Source: an uncultured cyanobacterium (lineage in GTDB: Bacteria > Cyanobacteriota > Cyanobacteriia > CAKZMO01). Taken from it: a stretch of 64,000 nt of DNA. A program made the position numbers and the translations under genes. This document shows positions 19,209 to 29,046 of the stretch, piece after piece (within the stretch, counting starts at the first letter, position 1; the number at the start of each line of letters is the position of its first letter). The DNA lies in the NCBI GenBank assembly GCA_963719515.1, contig CAVRCJ010000003.1:65705-129704 (forward strand). The letters are read 5' to 3'. The notes under the pieces are model-generated. The model did no database searches. It was not told the origin of the DNA and saw nothing but the letters and a program-made list of their open reading frames with translations.

Positions 19209-20015
19209 TTAGCGGGTTACCACTGCATCCTCAACGGGAGCCTGACGCGAGATAACGGTGTTTTCCAAAACGCCAATTCCCTCAATGCTCACCCTGACGC
19301 GATCGCCGATGGTCATTGGCCCGACGCCCTCAGGGGTACCGGTGAGGACGATATCTCCCGGCAAAAGCGTCATGGTTTGGCTGATGTAGGTGACCAGCGC
19401 ATCGGGTTTATGCACCATGTCGCTAATGGTGGTAGTCTGAACCGGCTCTTCTGCGTCATTGAGAAACGTCTCTAAGCGAGCGCCAAGGGGCAGCTCTCGC
19501 ACAATCCAAGGGCCCAGAGGACAAAAGGTGTCAAATCCTTTTGCTCGGGTCCACTGGCCGTCTTTGCGCTGCAGGTCGCGAGCCGTGACATCGTTGGCGA
19601 TCGTGTAGCCCCAGATCTTGCGGCCGGCTTCCTCTAAAGAGCAGCTTTTGCAGCGACCGCCGATTACAACGGCGAGCTCTCCTTCATAGTCAACCTGCTT
19701 TGACTGGGGTGGGTACTGGATATCGTTTTGGCTGGGAAGGACGGAGGTTGAGGGCTTAAGAAAAAGCAGGGGCTCCTTAGGGACCTCTCCCCCCATCTCA
19801 GCAGCGTGCTTGGCGTAGTTTCGCCCTACGGCAACAATTTTAGAGGGGGCGCAGGGGGAAAGGAGCCTGTAGGTACCTGGGTCTAGCACTTGGTCGATGG
19901 GCTGCCCCTGAAGCCAGGGCGGGGCGTCTAAGATTTGGACCCGTCGGTCGAGCTGGAGGAGTCCGTAGTGAAGCTGCCCTGCATCGGTTTGAACTCGTAC
20001 GTAGCGCTGCGCCAT
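19209..20015 (-). CDS. Fumarylacetoacetate hydrolase (FAH) family protein
   Basis: Contains GRNYAKHAAEMG, DYEGELAVVIG, ANDVTARDLQ and GDIVLTGTPEGVG. The start is placed at the ATG at 20015 (MAQRYVRV). The ORF track extends to 20108. Confidence 0.85.
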   Translation of the reverse strand: MAQRYVRVQTDAGQLHYGLLQLDRRVQILDAPPWLQGQPIDQVLDPGTYRLLSPCAPSKIVAVGRNYAKHAAEMGGEVPKEPLLFLKPSTSVLPSQNDIQYPPQSKQVDYEGELAVVIGGRCKSCSLEEAGRKIWGYTIANDVTARDLQRKDGQWTRAKGFDTFCPLGPWIVRELPLGARLETFLNDAEEPVQTTTISDMVHKPDALVTYISQTMTLLPGDIVLTGTPEGVGPMTIGDRVRVSIEGIGVLENTVISRQAPVEDAVVTR

Positions 20016-20261
20016 AGTGCTGTACTGGTGGTGGGTCGTTGTACAAATAAAAATTTTGATATGGAGACGGGCACACGACTCTTTGGTGTACACATGATAG
20101 ATATACACCAGAAGTCCGCAAATGGGCAGCGCTATTGTATGACGACTTTCGGCTGAGCTAAGTTCCCGACCGCGATCGCAGTTCAGGTAAGTGATCGCAG
20201 GCGGGCTCGGTTTGCCATTGAGCCTAGCGCAGCTCAGGTGCGATCGCTCTGCGGCGGAAAG

Positions 20262-20537
20262 CTACCCGTCCATAATCTGAGATAGCGTGAACTTGCACTC
20301 ACTGGGGAACGTATCTGCCGGAAGCTGGGTTTCGGCGGCAGCTTGCTTAACAGCGTCCGTGTAAGCCTCGGGCAGCACTTTCTCTAGCTGCGGCTTGAGG
20401 CTTGGTGAATCTTTAAGTATTTCGTTGATGCGGCGGCGATGTTCGACAATGCTGCCTGCCCAGCTCCCACTTCTTCTATCGGGCTGATATTGCCATTTCA
20501 GCAGGTGCAGCAGCAAAATGACCAAGTTGCTTTTAAC
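20262..20537 (-). pseudogene. DUF29 protein, C-terminal half (gene split by IS insertion)
   Basis: The last 91 codons of ORF 20262-21176 (VKSNLVILLLHLLKWQYQPDRRSGSW ... FPSECKFTLSQIMDG) match the second half of DUF29 proteins. They are contiguous in frame with 21983-22150 once 20538-21982 is removed. Confidence 0.75.
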
Positions 20538-20657
20538 TATTAGACGGGAAGTCCCGCGCTGTATGCGCAGCATCAGCGTCGGGATGAAAGGCGCATGAGC
20601 CTCAGGCGAACAATTAAGGAGCGGCGCACTACTCCTTAAGGATGCTACAATCGAGGT

Positions 20658-21982
20658 ATGTTGACCTTGAACTACGCCTACAGAGTTTATCCGTCTCTTG
20701 AGCATGAAGCCCGTATGGTCTGTTGGCTTGAGACCTGTCGCGGCGTCTACAACTATGCGCTGCGAGAGCGAAAGGACTGGGTAAATTCGAGAAGCTGTGC
20801 TGCTAATGCCTGCTCGCTTCAGTCGGAGTACATCATTGCGGCGGACGCGCCATATCCTGACTACTACAAGCAGCAAAATGCGCTGACTGCGGCTAAGAAG
20901 ATATTTCCTCACCTGAAGGACGTGCAGTCTCAGGTGCTTCAAGAGCCTATTCGCAGGGTAGAGGCAGCGTTTGCTGCGAGGAAGGAGAGAGGTCACGGTT
21001 TCCCGCGCTTCAAGAAGTTTGGGCAGTACCGCTCGTTCCTCTTTCCGCAGTTCAAGGAAAACCCGGTGACGGGTAGCCAAATCAAGTTGCCTAAGCTGGG
21101 CACGATGCGCATCGTTCTGCACCGACCTATCCCTGATGGATTCAAAGTAAAGACGGTGCGCATAATCAAAAAGCATTCAGGGTGGTACGCTACCGCGAGT
21201 ATTCAAGCTGATGTCAATGTTCCTGATGCCATCCCTGCTGGGGACAGCATTGGTATTGATGTCGGGCTTGAGTACTTTCCTGTCCACTTCCAACGGCTTG
21301 CAGGTAGAGCGTCCGCGCTTTTTCGGTAAGCTGCAGCGCAAGCTTAAATTGCTGCAACGCAGGCTGAAGAATAAGCAGCGGGGCTCGAATAACCGCGCCA
21401 AGCTCATCGGAAGAATTGGACGGGTACATGAGCAGATAGCCGCTTGCCGCCTTGACTGGCAATTCAAGCTGGCTCACAAGCTGTGTGACCAAGCCCAGAT
21501 CATCTTCGTAGAAGACCTTGACCTTCGCGTCATGGCGAAAGGGATGCTGGGTAAACACACTCTTGATGCTGGCTTGGGGCAGTTCATAAACCAGGTCTTG
21601 CCGTGGGTGTGCTTCAAGCGCGGCGTCTATTACGGCAAGGTTGACGCTTATGGTACTTCTCAGGAGTGCCCAGACTGCGGCGCTGTGGTCAAAAAATCGT
21701 TGGGCGATCGCGTTCATCGGTGTCATGAATGTGGGTCAGCTCAAGCCGAGAGATATTGCCGCTGCTCAAGTCATCAACGCCCGTGGAATTTCGGGTATTC
21801 AAATTGCCTGTGGAGCCGAGGTAGCGGGGATGTGGGAAGCCATATCTAGCCAACTGGCTGCGTTCGCGCAGCGTGCGTGTAACGCGAAGCAGGAAACTCA
21901 TCGGGTGACCGATGAAGCCCGCGCTCTATCCGTAGGATGTTCGCAAAGCGCTTCCGCAGGAAGAACGTCGGGAGTATTCACG
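20658..21982 (+). pseudogene. tnpB: tnpB (RuvC-like RNA-guided nuclease of IS605 family) with two +1 frame disruptions
   Basis: Three consecutive frames carry the OrfB N-terminus (LNYAYRVYPS), RuvC D (GIDVGLEYF), E (IIFVEDL), the zinc ribbon CPDCG..HRCHECG, and RDIAAAQVI. The breaks are near 21279 and 21736. The true stop is unclear. Confidence 0.85.
21750..21982 (+). ncRNA. Predicted omega/right-end RNA scaffold of the TnpB element
   Basis: This is inference only. In characterised TnpB elements the guide-RNA scaffold overlaps the 3' end of tnpB and ends at the IS right end. A small hairpin cttccgcaggaag lies near the terminus. The extent has not been determined. Confidence 0.3.
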
Positions 21983-22150
21983 GCTTCGTCGTTCCCGCTT
22001 GCCCATATCTTCGATTTCTTCGATCAGATTGGCCCAGTCGACGTGGTTGTAGTCCTGACGGCGTAGCTTGTCCACCGTGGTCGTGATCCACTGCAGGTAG
22101 TCGGTGTCGTATAGCGTTGCCGGGGAGCTGCTGGGTTGGGCTGCTGTCAT
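21983..22150 (-). pseudogene. DUF29 protein, N-terminal half (gene split by IS insertion)
   Basis: The first 56 codons of ORF 21926-22150 (LYDTDYLQWITTTVDKLRRQDYNHVDWANLIEEIEDMGKRERRS) match the DUF29 N-terminus. Beyond them the frame reads into the IS end. Confidence 0.75.
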
Positions 22151-22257
22151 GGGTCAGGTCGGCGTCAGCAGGTTACTGGTTTGATCATAGCAGGCAAGAT
22201 TTTTGAGGCCGCTCATACAGTATCTAGAGATTGCGATCGCAACCGTGGGCGGTGGCT

Positions 22258-24552
22258 CTATGGGCTGGCAGCATCCTTAATCAGTCTGGCAATTTTGACC
22301 AGTGCGGCATCTTGCTCGGGCTTGCTGAGGCTGGCGAGAGGGCGATTTGGGGGGTGTGCGGCCTGGTACTTTTCGATGTCGCTGTCTTCGTAGGTGCTGT
22401 AGCTGATGGGCACCCAAATGATGGTTAGTCCCTCGCGCTCAGCGGCGTCGAGCAGCGGGGGCAGCTCTTTTTCGGCAATGAAGTCTGAGGCGAGGAAATC
22501 TTGACTGACCAGCAGGACGGCGACTTTGGCGGTAGCTAGGGCATGGTCGATTTCTTTACGCCATTCGGTGCCGGGCTGAATTTGAGTGTCGTCCCATTTT
22601 GTAATTGCGCCTTTACGCATCATGGGCTTGAGGAAGGTCTGCAGCTTTTTTAGCCATTCGACATCTTGGTGACTGTAGCTGACGAAAACTTTGTCGCGGA
22701 CTGGCTTTGCTGCTGGCATGGGTGGGCCGATAACATCATCAATGAGCGATCGCACATCCACCATTTCATAGCTTTTATCGCACTCAACCTTTTCGCGCCG
22801 GTCCGACAAGCGCTGCCGCAGTTTGTCGAGCGGGTACAGATGGGGGTTTTGAGTACCTTGGCAGATAGCGCAATTACAGGGCACCAGGGTCTTGTACTGT
22901 AGACGTTCGTAGCCGTGGTGAATCTTTTCAAACTCGTGGTTGATTATGGTCAGCAGCTCTTTTTTTCGCTTTCCTGAAACGCGAATGTGAATCTGGCGCT
23001 GGTTATACCGTTCGATCACTTCAGCGCGGGCCTCATCTTTCAGCAGCACCAGACCGCTTTTCCAAACCAGCCGCTGCTCCTCAATGTACCGGTGCATCTC
23101 CACAATGAACCGTGTCACCATGCCCTTGGGCATAAATTCGTAGGCGTAGCGCAGGATGAGGTTCTGATTCTCGTCCCAGACGTAGTCCGGCTGCTCCACC
23201 GGCAGCAGGTTAGGCGCAATGTATGTCTCGGGATCGTTAGGAATCTCGTAGCAGAGCTTGAAGTTGATCATCAGCTGCAGCAGCTCATCGCGCATGTCGG
23301 CGTACTGGCGATCGCTCCAGATTTGGTTGAGCTGAGCGCGGCTGAAGCGACCCTGACTGTTGACCACTTCCTTTGTATCTAGAACGCGATACACCGCCGC
23401 AGTACCCCATTCCGGCTTGAGGATGATCACACGCTTGAGCAGGGGATCGTTTTGGAAATGGAGGCAGACACCCAAATCGTGGAGGTAGTCGCTGAGCTGA
23501 AGCTGGTCATCGCGGTTGTCAAAGCCGTTGCTCTCACAAATTTTGAAGTATTCGTCCAGAGAGATATAATCGCGGGAGTCCATCTCTAGGGTTCGCCGCA
23601 CGTCTACCCACTTTCGCGGCAGCGGAGCCCCAACGTGGTCAAGCTGGCTGGCGTAGCGCTGAATGGTTGTCACCAACTCTCCTAGAGCGCGATTGGTGGC
23701 CAGGTTTGTGGCTAGAATCTCCTTCAGGTTAAGAAACTCTCCCCGCAGCTCTCGCTCGTTGACCTGGCAGATGCGCTCCTGCTTTTCGTTCTTGATAATC
23801 AAAATAGGGCTGCTGTTGCTGAGCAGGTCCACAATGCTGAGCCAGTAGTAGAGGTCGGTATTGTCCTGCCGGGTATCTACGACGAGGACGTAGAGGGAGC
23901 GCTTGGTGAGGAAGAACTGATGGGTAGCGTGGTAGATTTCCTGACCGCCGAAGTCCCAGATATTGAGGCGGAAGGGTGGTTTACCCTCCAGCGGAAAGTC
24001 CCAGCGAATGACGTCAATACCCTCGGTGGAGGTTTCCTTTTTATCTAAGACGTAGTTTCTGTCTTCAATCTTTTTAGCCAGCGAGGTCTTGCCTGCGCCG
24101 CCTTCGCCCACAATTAGGAGCTTGGCCTCGTAGAGGTAGTCCTGCCCTTGCTCTAGCTGCTGACGGCAGTAGTTTAGGATTGCTTCTGTGCCTTTGCTGA
24201 CTATTTCCGGTGGTGGGCTCGTTAGCGGGTTGCTTCTGAGGGAAAGCGATTGGAGGTTGGTGAGCTGGCCAATTTCCGGCGGCAGGCTCGTTAGCTGGTT
24301 GCCGCTGAGGTGAAGCGATTGGAGGCTGGTGAGCTGGCCAATTTCCGGCGGCAGGCTCGTTAGCTGGTTGCCGCTGAGGGAAAGCGATTGGAGGCTGGTG
24401 AGCTGGCCAATTTCCGGCGGCAGGCTGGTGAGCTCACACTCCGAAAGATTTAGCTCTGCCCTTTGATCAGCTGCAGCTTTCTCTATCAGCTGCGCAATGA
24501 ACTGCTGGCCTTGAAGCGCTAAGCGAATTTCTTTGTCTAGTCTGTCAATCAT
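22258..24552 (-). CDS. ROCO-type protein: LRR - Roc GTPase - COR - C-terminal TIR domain
   Basis: 764 aa. It has four 23-aa LRRs (LTSLQSLSLSGNQLTSLPPEIGQ). Roc G1 is LIVGEGGAGKTSL and G3 is WDFGGQE. A long COR-like region follows (RKWVDVR, LHDLGVCLHF, ILKPEWGTAAVYRVLD). The last ~145 aa form a TIR (KVFVSYSHQDVEWLKKL, AVLLVSQDFLASDFIAEKEL). Confidence 0.85.
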   Translation of the reverse strand: MIDRLDKEIRLALQGQQFIAQLIEKAAADQRAELNLSECELTSLPPEIGQLTSLQSLSLSGNQLTSLPPEIGQLTSLQSLHLSGNQLTSLPPEIGQLTNLQSLSLRSNPLTSPPPEIVSKGTEAILNYCRQQLEQGQDYLYEAKLLIVGEGGAGKTSLAKKIEDRNYVLDKKETSTEGIDVIRWDFPLEGKPPFRLNIWDFGGQEIYHATHQFFLTKRSLYVLVVDTRQDNTDLYYWLSIVDLLSNSSPILIIKNEKQERICQVNERELRGEFLNLKEILATNLATNRALGELVTTIQRYASQLDHVGAPLPRKWVDVRRTLEMDSRDYISLDEYFKICESNGFDNRDDQLQLSDYLHDLGVCLHFQNDPLLKRVIILKPEWGTAAVYRVLDTKEVVNSQGRFSRAQLNQIWSDRQYADMRDELLQLMINFKLCYEIPNDPETYIAPNLLPVEQPDYVWDENQNLILRYAYEFMPKGMVTRFIVEMHRYIEEQRLVWKSGLVLLKDEARAEVIERYNQRQIHIRVSGKRKKELLTIINHEFEKIHHGYERLQYKTLVPCNCAICQGTQNPHLYPLDKLRQRLSDRREKVECDKSYEMVDVRSLIDDVIGPPMPAAKPVRDKVFVSYSHQDVEWLKKLQTFLKPMMRKGAITKWDDTQIQPGTEWRKEIDHALATAKVAVLLVSQDFLASDFIAEKELPPLLDAAEREGLTIIWVPISYSTYEDSDIEKYQAAHPPNRPLASLSKPEQDAALVKIARLIKDAASP
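24204..24440 (-). repeat. 69-bp near-identical tandem repeats encoding the LRR units
   Basis: The unit atttccggcggcaggctcgttagctggttgccgctgagg(t/g)(g/a)aagcgattggaggctggtgagctggcca is repeated about 3.4 times inside the ROCO-TIR CDS. Confidence 0.9.
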
Positions 24553-24789
24553 TTGTCAGCCAATCACGCCACTCCAACACTCTAGCGGCAAAAATCAGCC
24601 GTGAGTAGGTTCCACACTGTGGCCGCGACGCTATCAGCTGAAGTTCCATCAAGGTAGGCAAACCAAGGTAGAAGACGGCTGCGTCAGTAGTTGAAGGCTG
24701 AAGGCGGTCCCCACACCATCACCCACCGCAAGGTTGTTGCAGCCGCCTCACCTCCAGCAGTTCTCAATTTGGCGGATGATGAGCAATCG

Positions 24790-25060
24790 ACGAGCTGACT
24801 ACGCTTTCAGCCCACCCGCAGATAAATGATGCTGTTGGCGAATGGGGTGTCAGATCCTTCATTAGAGTTTCAGCTTCGCTTTCACCCCACCCGCAGCTGA
24901 AGCGCGGGCTAGTGGAGGTCACCCGCTCAAGCGGGCTGAACGCACTTCTAGCATATGGTTTAAGCATCAATGCGTTTCTAGAGTCCGCTTTAGCGGACGG
25001 CGTTCGATAGCCCGCGCTTTTAGCTGCGGGCGCTTGCGAAGCATAGGCTCTGCCTGAACG
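24790..25060. repeat. Field of short GC-rich hairpin (REP-like) units in an intergenic region
   Basis: Hairpins include cccgcagctgaagcgcggg, cccgctcaagcggg, tccgctttagcgga and cccgcgcttttagctgcggg. The leader ctttca(g/c)cccacccgcag occurs twice. The only ORF here (24764-24970) looks spurious. Confidence 0.5.
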
Positions 25061-25247
25061 CGGGCGAATAGGGGCAAGACCAAACTGAGAATTGCTACCT
25101 CACCTTCTATTATTGCAGCCGTCACAATTCAAATGTGTCAGCCAACAACGCTAACGTGGCCGCCCTAGTTTCAATCATTGCCGCCACAATCGCTCTGTAG
25201 GCGACAATCACACCTAACCTGTAAGTCCTCTGCAACGGCTATACAGG

Positions 25248-25889
25248 CTAAGTTCCCGCCCGCGATCGCAGCTCTTTGGGTAAGTGATGGCGATCGCCCA
25301 AAATCTTCAGCAGCGGCCCGTGAACGTCGAAAATCACCAGGGACACCGACGCCGTCAGCATCTCGATGCGATCGCGGTAGCGCCCCAGGTCCATGCCCAT
25401 CAGGCTGCAGATCATCAGGCGAATGGTGGACTTGTGGCTTACCACCAGCACGTGGCCTTCGGGATGAGTGTCTTCAACTTCAGCGATGACCTGCATGGCG
25501 CGGCTAGCCACCTGCACCCCGGTCTCCCCACCGCCCGTGGGAGGATTCCACGCGGGTTCCGTCAGCCAGCGCACGTAGTCTTCGGTGTAGCTCTCGTAGA
25601 CGGCCTCTTTAGTCTTATCTTCCCACTCGCCAAAGTGCATCTCCTTGATCCCATCGCGAATAATTGGCTCCATGCCGACGCGTTTACAGAGGGGCGCGGC
25701 GGTTTGGCGGGTGCGGGTCATGGGGCTGACGTAAATGGCATCCCAGGGGATATGAGCGTAGGCCTCAGCAAAGGCCTCAGCCATGGCGGCTCCTGACTCC
25801 GTTAGCCCTAGGTCGAGGGAGCCACAGAAGCCTCCAGATTGGGTGTGAGTGGTCTCGCCGTGGCGTAGAAGGTATAGCTTAAGACTCAT
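25248..25889 (-). CDS. Histidine phosphatase family protein (phosphoglycerate mutase-like)
   Basis: RHG motif LYLLRHGET, plus VVSHKSTIR. The start is placed at the ATG at 25889 (MSLKLYLL). The ORF track extends to 25916. Confidence 0.8.
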   Translation of the reverse strand: MSLKLYLLRHGETTHTQSGGFCGSLDLGLTESGAAMAEAFAEAYAHIPWDAIYVSPMTRTRQTAAPLCKRVGMEPIIRDGIKEMHFGEWEDKTKEAVYESYTEDYVRWLTEPAWNPPTGGGETGVQVASRAMQVIAEVEDTHPEGHVLVVSHKSTIRLMICSLMGMDLGRYRDRIEMLTASVSLVIFDVHGPLLKILGDRHHLPKELRSRAGT

Positions 25890-26213
25890 GGTAAATCGGG
25901 TATGAAGTACGGTCAATTACTCGAATTTTTCTAAAGTGAGAATTTCTGAGTCTGTGCAGCCTGTATGTACAGGCCTAATATGCATAGAACTGAATTTATT
26001 GATGGACTTAAATTCATAGAGTGAAATCTATTGATCACCCATAGAATAGGGTATGCCGCGATCGCTCTCCAGAGCGATTGATCGCTTTACAATTTGGCCA
26101 AGTAACCCTCTTCAAACGTTTATTTGGAATTTATCTGAGCGTTTGCCTGAGCGCTTATCTAGGCTTCTGCCTGCACAAGACACGGGTTATGCACAGTCGT
26201 TTATCACTCGAAG

Positions 26214-28628
26214 GTGACTATAGCTATGACAGTTGCGTCTCGTCCTCAGAATATCACCCTCTCCAACGAAGAACTGAACCAGATTCACGCCTACTGGCGA
26301 GCCTGTAACTACCTGGCCATCGGCATGATTTATCTGTGGGACAACCCGCTCTTGCGTCAGCCCTTAACCACCGAGCACGTCAAACAGCGTCTGCTAGGCC
26401 ATTGGGGCACGAGCCCTGGCCTCAGCTTTCTCTACGTCCATCTCAACCGACTGATCAAGGCTCGCGATCTCAGCATGATCTACGTGGCGGGACCAGGGCA
26501 TGGGGCTCCTGGCGTGCTAGCCCCGATATACCTTGAGGGCACCTACTCTGAGATCTACCCCAATAAAGCCCAAGACGCCGCCGGACTGCAGCGCTTCTTT
26601 AAGCAATTCTCCTTTCCTGACGGTATTGGGAGCCACTGCACTCCGGAGATGCCAGGGTCGATTCACGAAGGAGGAGAACTGGGCTACAGCCTTTCCCACG
26701 CCTATGGCGCGGCCTTTGACAACCCTGAGCTAATCGTAGCCTGCGTAGTGGGAGACGGCGAGGCAGAAACCGGACCGCTGGCCACCGCCTGGCATTCTAA
26801 TAAGTTTCTCAACCCGGCGCGGGACGGGGCCGTGCTGCCGGTGCTGCACCTCAACGGCTACAAAATTGCCAACCCCACCCTGCTGTCGCGCATTAGCCAC
26901 GAAGAGTTAGAGGCCCTGTTTCGGGGCTATGGCTACACCCCCTACTTCGTGGAAGGGGAAGACCCCACCGACATGCACCAGCAGATGGCGGCAACGTTGG
27001 AACAGTGCATCGACCAAATTCAAGACATCCAGCACCAGGCCCGCTCGGGGGAAGACGTCAGCCGCCCCCGCTGGCCAATGATCGTCCTCAGGTCGCCTAA
27101 GGGCTGGACCTGCCCTAAAGAAGTGGATGGCCATAAAGTAGAAGGCTTTTGGCGCGCTCACCAGGTTCCCCTCAGCGGCATCCATAATAGCCCTGAGCAC
27201 CTGCAGCAGCTGGAAGTCTGGATGCGCAGCTACGGCCCTGACGAGCTATTTGACGCATCGGGGCGGCTCATGCCTGAGCTAGAGGCTCTGGCCCCGGAGG
27301 GCAAGAGCCGCATGAGCGCCAACCCGATTACCAACGGGGGACTGGTGTGCAAAGATTTGCGGTTGCCCGACTTCCGAGACTACGCCGTGGAGGTGCCCCA
27401 GCCGGCGGCCGAGCGGCAGGGGAATACTAAAGTGCTGGGCACCTTCCTGCGGGACGTGATGGCGGAGAACAGGGACAATTTCCGCGTCTTTGGTCCGGAC
27501 GAAACAGCCTCTAATCGGCTGAGCGCTATCTACGAGGCCACCAAGAAGACCTGGATGGCCGACATGATGCCCGAAGATCTTGACGGCAGCGAGCTGGGGC
27601 GCGACGGGCGAGTGATGGAGATGCTCAGTGAGCACACTCTAGAGGGCTGGTTTGAGGGCTACGTGCTTACGGGGCGGCACGGCTTCATCAACAGCTATGA
27701 GGGCTTCATCAACATCATCAGCTCTATGTTTGGCCAGCACGCCAAGTGGCTAGACATCTGCAAGCGGGAGGTGCCCTGGAGAGCGCCGCTGCCCTCCCTC
27801 AACATTTTGCTTTCCTCCACCGTATGGCGGCAGGACCACAACGGCTTTAGCCACCAGGACCCCGGCTTTTTAGACGTGGTCACCAACAAAAGCCATGAGG
27901 TCACGCGCATTTACCTCCCTCCCGACGCTAACTGCCTACTGTCGGTGGCCGACCACTGCCTGCGCAGCCGCGACTACGTCAACGTGATTGTGGCGGATAA
28001 GCAACCCCACCTGCAGTATTTGACTATGGAAGAGGCCATCCAGCACTGCACCAAAGGCATCGGCATTTGGGACTGGGCCAGCAGCGACGACTGCGGCACC
28101 GCGCCCGACGTGCCGGATGTGGTGATGGCCTGCTGTGGCGATGTGCCTACCCAAGAAGCTTTGGCGGCCACGTCGATTCTGCGGGAGGAGTTCCCTGAGC
28201 TGAAGGTGCGGTTCATCAACGTAGTGGATCTATTCCGGCTGATGCCTTCCGAGGAGCACCCCCATGGCCTCACCGACGCCGACTTCGACACTTTGTTTAC
28301 CCCTGATAAGCCCGTCGTCTTCAACTTCCACGGCTACCCCTGGCTGATTCACAAGCTCACCTACCGGCGTACCAATCAGCACCGCATTCACGTGCGGGGC
28401 TACAAGGAGCGGGGCAACATCAATACGCCGCTGGAGCTGGCGATTCGCAATCAGATAGACCGGTTCAACCTGGTCATTGACGTGGTCGACCGGGTTCCCT
28501 CCCTGAAATCAGCGGCGGCCCACGCCAAGCAGCGGATGCAGAATAAGATCATCGAGAATATTGACTACGCTAGTCGATATGGCGTCGATAGGCTAGAGAT
28601 TGCAAGCTGGACGTGGCCTCACGGCTGA
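26214..28628 (+). CDS. xfp: Phosphoketolase (xylulose-5-P/fructose-6-P phosphoketolase)
   Basis: 804-aa ORF with [32 protein letters not shown] and [14 protein letters not shown]. An ATG at 26226 is an alternative start. Confidence 0.95.
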   Translation: MTIAMTVASRPQNITLSNEELNQIHAYWRACNYLAIGMIYLWDNPLLRQPLTTEHVKQRLLGHWGTSPGLSFLYVHLNRLIKARDLSMIYVAGPGHGAPGVLAPIYLEGTYSEIYPNKAQDAAGLQRFFKQFSFPDGIGSHCTPEMPGSIHEGGELGYSLSHAYGAAFDNPELIVACVVGDGEAETGPLATAWHSNKFLNPARDGAVLPVLHLNGYKIANPTLLSRISHEELEALFRGYGYTPYFVEGEDPTDMHQQMAATLEQCIDQIQDIQHQARSGEDVSRPRWPMIVLRSPKGWTCPKEVDGHKVEGFWRAHQVPLSGIHNSPEHLQQLEVWMRSYGPDELFDASGRLMPELEALAPEGKSRMSANPITNGGLVCKDLRLPDFRDYAVEVPQPAAERQGNTKVLGTFLRDVMAENRDNFRVFGPDETASNRLSAIYEATKKTWMADMMPEDLDGSELGRDGRVMEMLSEHTLEGWFEGYVLTGRHGFINSYEGFINIISSMFGQHAKWLDICKREVPWRAPLPSLNILLSSTVWRQDHNGFSHQDPGFLDVVTNKSHEVTRIYLPPDANCLLSVADHCLRSRDYVNVIVADKQPHLQYLTMEEAIQHCTKGIGIWDWASSDDCGTAPDVPDVVMACCGDVPTQEALAATSILREEFPELKVRFINVVDLFRLMPSEEHPHGLTDADFDTLFTPDKPVVFNFHGYPWLIHKLTYRRTNQHRIHVRGYKERGNINTPLELAIRNQIDRFNLVIDVVDRVPSLKSAAAHAKQRMQNKIIENIDYASRYGVDRLEIASWTWPHG

Positions 28629-28655
28629 GTTTTAGCCGGCAAGTCGGTGCCGCCG

Positions 28656-28695
28656 TCGCACCTGCAAACCCCTACCAAAGCGTTTGCAGGCGCGA
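28656..28695 (+). terminator. Hairpin downstream of the phosphoketolase gene (possible terminator)
   Basis: tcgcacctgcaaac and gtttgcaggcgcga form a 14-bp stem with one mismatch and a 12-nt loop. No clear T-tract follows, so confidence is low. Confidence 0.35.
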
Positions 28696-29046
28696 CGTCA
28701 GTCTAGATTGCTTAGATCATCCTTAATTTACGCTGAAGTTCAAAAATTTGGTCTTACTGTGGGTAAAGACGCAATGAGGCAGTCGCTCCATCTTGCAATC
28801 CCTCTAAAGTAACGCCATGAGTACAGTCAAGTGATGAGTACAACATGTCAACCGCGCTGCAGGGCGACTGATTAGCTCACTCGTACTTTGCAGCAACGAC
28901 TACAGCTATAGCGCCGCCGGCCTAGAATACTTCTGAATTACTGGTCTTAGGCTCGCCCTAGTTCTTTTTGAAGGGCGATCGCTTTCAGCGCAAGGCGCAT
29001 AGCACATTCTTCAGCGTACTATCGATTATCCACAGGGAACCCCTCT

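Larger units (their letters stand above)
20538..21982 (+). mobile_element. IS200/IS605-family insertion sequence, TnpB-only (IS1341-like), 1,445 bp
   Basis: Excising this interval restores an uninterrupted DUF29 frame (..GKRERRS|VKSNLVILLLHLLKW..) with no target duplication. There is a subterminal imperfect hairpin at the left end (20553-20583) and a related one at the right end. The element carries tnpB but no tnpA. Confidence 0.8.

Noticed and set aside
18692-19255. A 187-aa ORF in an alternative frame over the Tic20-like gene
   Set aside because: It is Arg/Pro/Ser-rich with no hydrophobic pattern. The overlapping 168-aa frame gives a coherent four-TM protein.
20538-21176. The N-terminal ~213 codons of the 304-aa minus-strand ORF 20262-21176
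   Set aside because: This part is antisense to tnpB and lies inside the IS. It has Arg/Leu-rich shadow-ORF composition. Only the last 91 codons (20262-20537) are DUF29 sequence.
21270-21740. Programmed ribosomal frameshifting as an explanation for the tnpB frame breaks
   Set aside because: There is no slippery heptamer at either site, and TnpB genes are not known to use frameshifting. Decay or indel error is the simpler explanation.
24204-24440. Regular 69-bp repeats considered as a CRISPR array (the same question arose for 7136-7240)
   Set aside because: The units are directly adjacent with no unique spacers, they are in frame, and they encode LRR (or PAPVP) peptide repeats inside long ORFs.
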